Virus record (IMG/VR): IMGVR_UViG_2663762908_000001
DNA: 9,431 nt
Reading direction: 5' to 3' (one strand)
Source of the DNA: a virus
Taxonomy: Duplodnaviria; Heunggongvirae; Uroviricota; Caudoviricetes
The notes under the pieces were generated by a model. That model made no database searches and was not told the origin of the DNA. It saw only the letters and a program-made list of their open reading frames with translations. Both the position numbers and the translations under genes were made by a program. Below are positions 7,348 to 9,431 of the stretch, piece by piece; the stretch's first letter is position 1, and the number at the start of each line of letters is the position of its first letter.

Positions 7348-7357
7348 NNNNNNNNNN
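7348..7357. other. run of 10 N (assembly gap or scaffold spacer)
   Basis: 10 consecutive N. Confidence 1.
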
Positions 7358-7642
<285 letters not shown>

Positions 7643-7785
7643 CTAAACCAACAATAAAAATTGATCAGTTTGAGATCACTTATGATAATTACCTTGATAA
7701 TTGCAAGCATTCCAATAAGTTACCGGCCTCATTTGAAGAATATGTCGACATAAAATTACAGGACCACCGGGATAAGCTTGATTAA
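7643..7785 (+). CDS. 3' remnant of an AT-rich ORF interrupted by the IS5 insertion (hypothetical)
   Basis: Frame stays open from the IS5 junction to TAA at 7783-7785 (...KPTIKIDQFEITYDNYLDNCKHSNKLPASFEEYVDIKLQDHRDKLD); the ORF track's N-terminal part lies inside IS5 and is artefactual. Not recognised. Confidence 0.3.
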
Positions 7786-7807
7786 GCCACATACATGTTT
7801 AGCTTAA

Positions 7808-7835
7808 GGCTCAGAACATTTTAAATGTCTGAGCC
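7808..7835 (+). terminator. near-perfect 28-bp palindrome downstream of the disrupted ORF (candidate terminator or protein-binding site)
   Basis: GGCTCAGAACATTT-TA-AAATGTCTGAGCC: arms complementary apart from a one-base bulge; followed by ATTTCTC, a weak U-tract. Confidence 0.3.
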
Positions 7836-7870
7836 ATTTCTCACAGACCCCTACCCTGTAATGGCCATCG

Positions 7871-8041
7871 GGTAATGACTCCAACTTATTGATAGTGTTT
7901 TATGTTCAGATAATGCCCGATGATTTTGTCATGCAGCTCCACCGATTTTGAGAACGACAGCGACTTCCGTCCCAGCCGTCCCAGCCGTGCCAGGTGCTGC
8001 CTCAGATTCAGGTTATGCCGCTCAATTCGCTGCGTATATCG
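7871..8041 (-). mobile_element. IS1 right end (IRR plus 3' end of insB), truncated by N run
   Basis: GGTAATGACTCCAACTTATTGATAGTGTTTTATGTTCAGATAATGCCCGATGA... matches the recalled IS1 right terminus; the 9 bp in front of it (TGGCCATCG) is not the reverse complement of the 9 bp in front of the IS1 left end at 5713, so the two ends belong to different junctions. Confidence 0.9.
7886..8041 (-). CDS. insB: IS1 transposase InsB, C-terminal fragment (variant with 9-bp in-frame duplication)
   Basis: Minus-strand translation ...[51 protein letters not shown] with stop at 7886-7888; recalled canonical InsB has ...HLARLGRKSL... and ...HDKVIG.... Confidence 0.8.
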   Translation of the reverse strand, partial: RYTQRIERHNLNLRQHLARLGRLGRKSLSFSKSVELHDKIIGHYLNIKHYQ

Positions 8042-8051
8042 NNNNNNNNNN
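8042..8051. other. run of 10 N (assembly gap or scaffold spacer)
   Basis: 10 consecutive N. Confidence 1.
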
Positions 8052-8897
8052 ACGGATGACGCAGGCGTTATGCTCGCAGAGATAAAACACGCTGGAGGGG
8101 TCATCCGGCGTCCATTTGAGGCCAAACGGCGTCTCTTTATCGCCAAATTTAAGGTACTGCTCCTCCCCGCAGTGCGGGCAGGCAACATGAAAACGCATAA
8201 AATGCGGGGATTCACTGGCTGCACGCTCAATCTGACAGGTGCCTCTCACTTTGGGCGTGGAGCCACGGATGGACTTTGGCCAGACCGAGCCTTCAATACG
8301 CTTGTCACCCAGGAACGTCGGAGAGCCTTCCTGTTCAATATCATCATCAAAGGCAGCAAGTTCATCATAACCCGCCACATCCACCGACTTTTCACGGTAG
8401 TTTTTTGCCGCTTTACCGCCCAGGCACCAGAAACCACGCCCATTGGTGAAACGCTTCATGGTGAGCGTGTTATCCCGGTGCTTTTTGCCATACCACGGGG
8501 CCAGCGCCAGCAGCGACGGAATATCGCGGATGGTCGGCTCAACGTGGGTTTTCATAAAGTTCTCGGCATCACCATCCGTCGGCAACCAGATAAGGGTGTT
8601 GCGCTGCTTATGCTCTATGAAGTAGGCATAAACACCCAGCAGCATTTTGGAATAACCGACACGGGCAGACTTCACCACATTCACCTCACGGATGTAGTCG
8701 CTGCCCATCGCATTCATGATGGCCCGCTGAAAGGGCAGTGTTTCCCAGCGCCCTTCCTGGTATGCGGATTCTTTCGGGAGATAGTAATTAGCATCCGCCC
8801 ATTCAACGGCGGTCTGTGGCTCCGGCCTGAACAGTGAGCGAAGCCCGGCGCGGACAAAATGCCGCAGCCTGTTAACCTGACTGTTCGATATATTCAC
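8052..8897 (-). CDS. A: phage lambda-like terminase large subunit A, N-terminal 282 codons (3' end truncated by N run)
   Basis: ATG at 8897; translation MNISNSQVNRLRHFVRAGLRSLFRPEPQTAVEWADANYYLPKESAYQEGRWETLPFQRAIMNAMGSDYIREVNVVKSARVGYSKMLLGVYAYFIEHKQRNTLIWLPTDGDAENF... matches recalled lambda gpA; overlaps the Nu1 3' end by 26 nt as in lambda. Confidence 0.95.
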
Positions 8898-9417
8898 TCA
8901 GCAACCCCGGTATCAGTTCATCCAGCGCGGCTGCTTTGTTCATGGCTTTGATGATATCCCGTTTCAGGAAATCAACATGTCGGTTTTCCAGTTCCGGAAA
9001 ACGCCGCTGCACCGACAGGGGGATCCCGTCGAGAATACTGGCAATTTCACCTGCGATCCGCGACAGCACGAAAGTACAGAATGCGGTTTCCACCACTTCA
9101 GCGGAGTCTCTGGCATTTTTCAGCTCCTGTGCGTCGGCCTGCGCACGCGTAAGTCGATGGCGTTCGTACTCAATAGTCCCTGGCTGGAGATCTGTCTCGC
9201 TGGCCTGCCGCAGTTCTTCAACTTCCCGGCGCAGCTTTTCGTTCTCAATTTCAGCATCCCTTTCGGCATACCATCTTATAACGGCGGCAGAGTCATAAAG
9301 CACCTCATTACCCTTGCCACCGCCTCGCAGAACGGGCATTCCCTGTTCCTGCCAGTTCTGAATGGTACGGATACTCGCACCGAAAATGTCAGCCAGCTGC
9401 TTTTTGTTGACTTCCAT
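8872..9417 (-). CDS. nu1: phage lambda-like terminase small subunit Nu1 (complete, 181 aa)
   Basis: Full ORF MEVNKKQLADIFGASIRTIQNWQEQGMPVLRGGGKGNEVLYDSAAV...LSEYIEQSG, 546 nt, the same length as lambda Nu1; the 14 bp upstream to the window end match the recalled lambda sequence preceding Nu1. Confidence 0.95.
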   Translation of the reverse strand: MEVNKKQLADIFGASIRTIQNWQEQGMPVLRGGGKGNEVLYDSAAVIRWYAERDAEIENEKLRREVEELRQASETDLQPGTIEYERHRLTRAQADAQELKNARDSAEVVETAFCTFVLSRIAGEIASILDGIPLSVQRRFPELENRHVDFLKRDIIKAMNKAAALDELIPGLLSEYIEQSG

Positions 9418-9431
9418 TGTTCATTCCACGG

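Noticed and set aside
7920-8837. 305-aa plus-strand ORF
   Set aside because: Starts inside IS1, crosses an N run, and then runs antisense to terminase A; not a real gene.
8936-9298. 120-aa plus-strand ORF
   Set aside because: Antisense to Nu1, which is full-length and matches lambda; shadow ORF.
9418-9431. cos site upstream of Nu1
   Set aside because: In lambda, cos lies about 190 bp upstream of the Nu1 start; only 14 bp upstream of Nu1 are in the window, so cos cannot be present here.

Overview
The window is a patchwork of 15 short sequence blocks separated by 14 runs of exactly 10 N, and I find no coherent novel multi-gene system in it. Most blocks are near-identical to phage lambda morphogenesis genes, but in non-syntenic order and mixed orientation: L (internal), J 5' end + I + K 3' end, B (internal), D 5' end + C/nu3, stf (N-terminal region), T 3' end + H 5' end, J (internal), and Nu1 + A 5' end. 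The remaining blocks are typical Enterobacteriaceae repeats: IS1 left and right ends (on separate blocks), an IS5 left end with a CTAA target, an ISAs1-family (H-repeat) transposase fragment, and a tandem BIME/REP array. A few blocks are unassigned: a translationally coupled small-ORF pair at 1-456 and several AT-rich or low-complexity orphan fragments. This composition is what collapsed repeat contigs from a fragmented assembly, joined by spacer Ns, would look like, so gene adjacency across N runs should not be read as biology. The most plausible place for anything undescribed is the small-ORF pair in block 1, and that needs database and structural checks I cannot run here. All protein identifications are from recalled reference sequences, not from a search.
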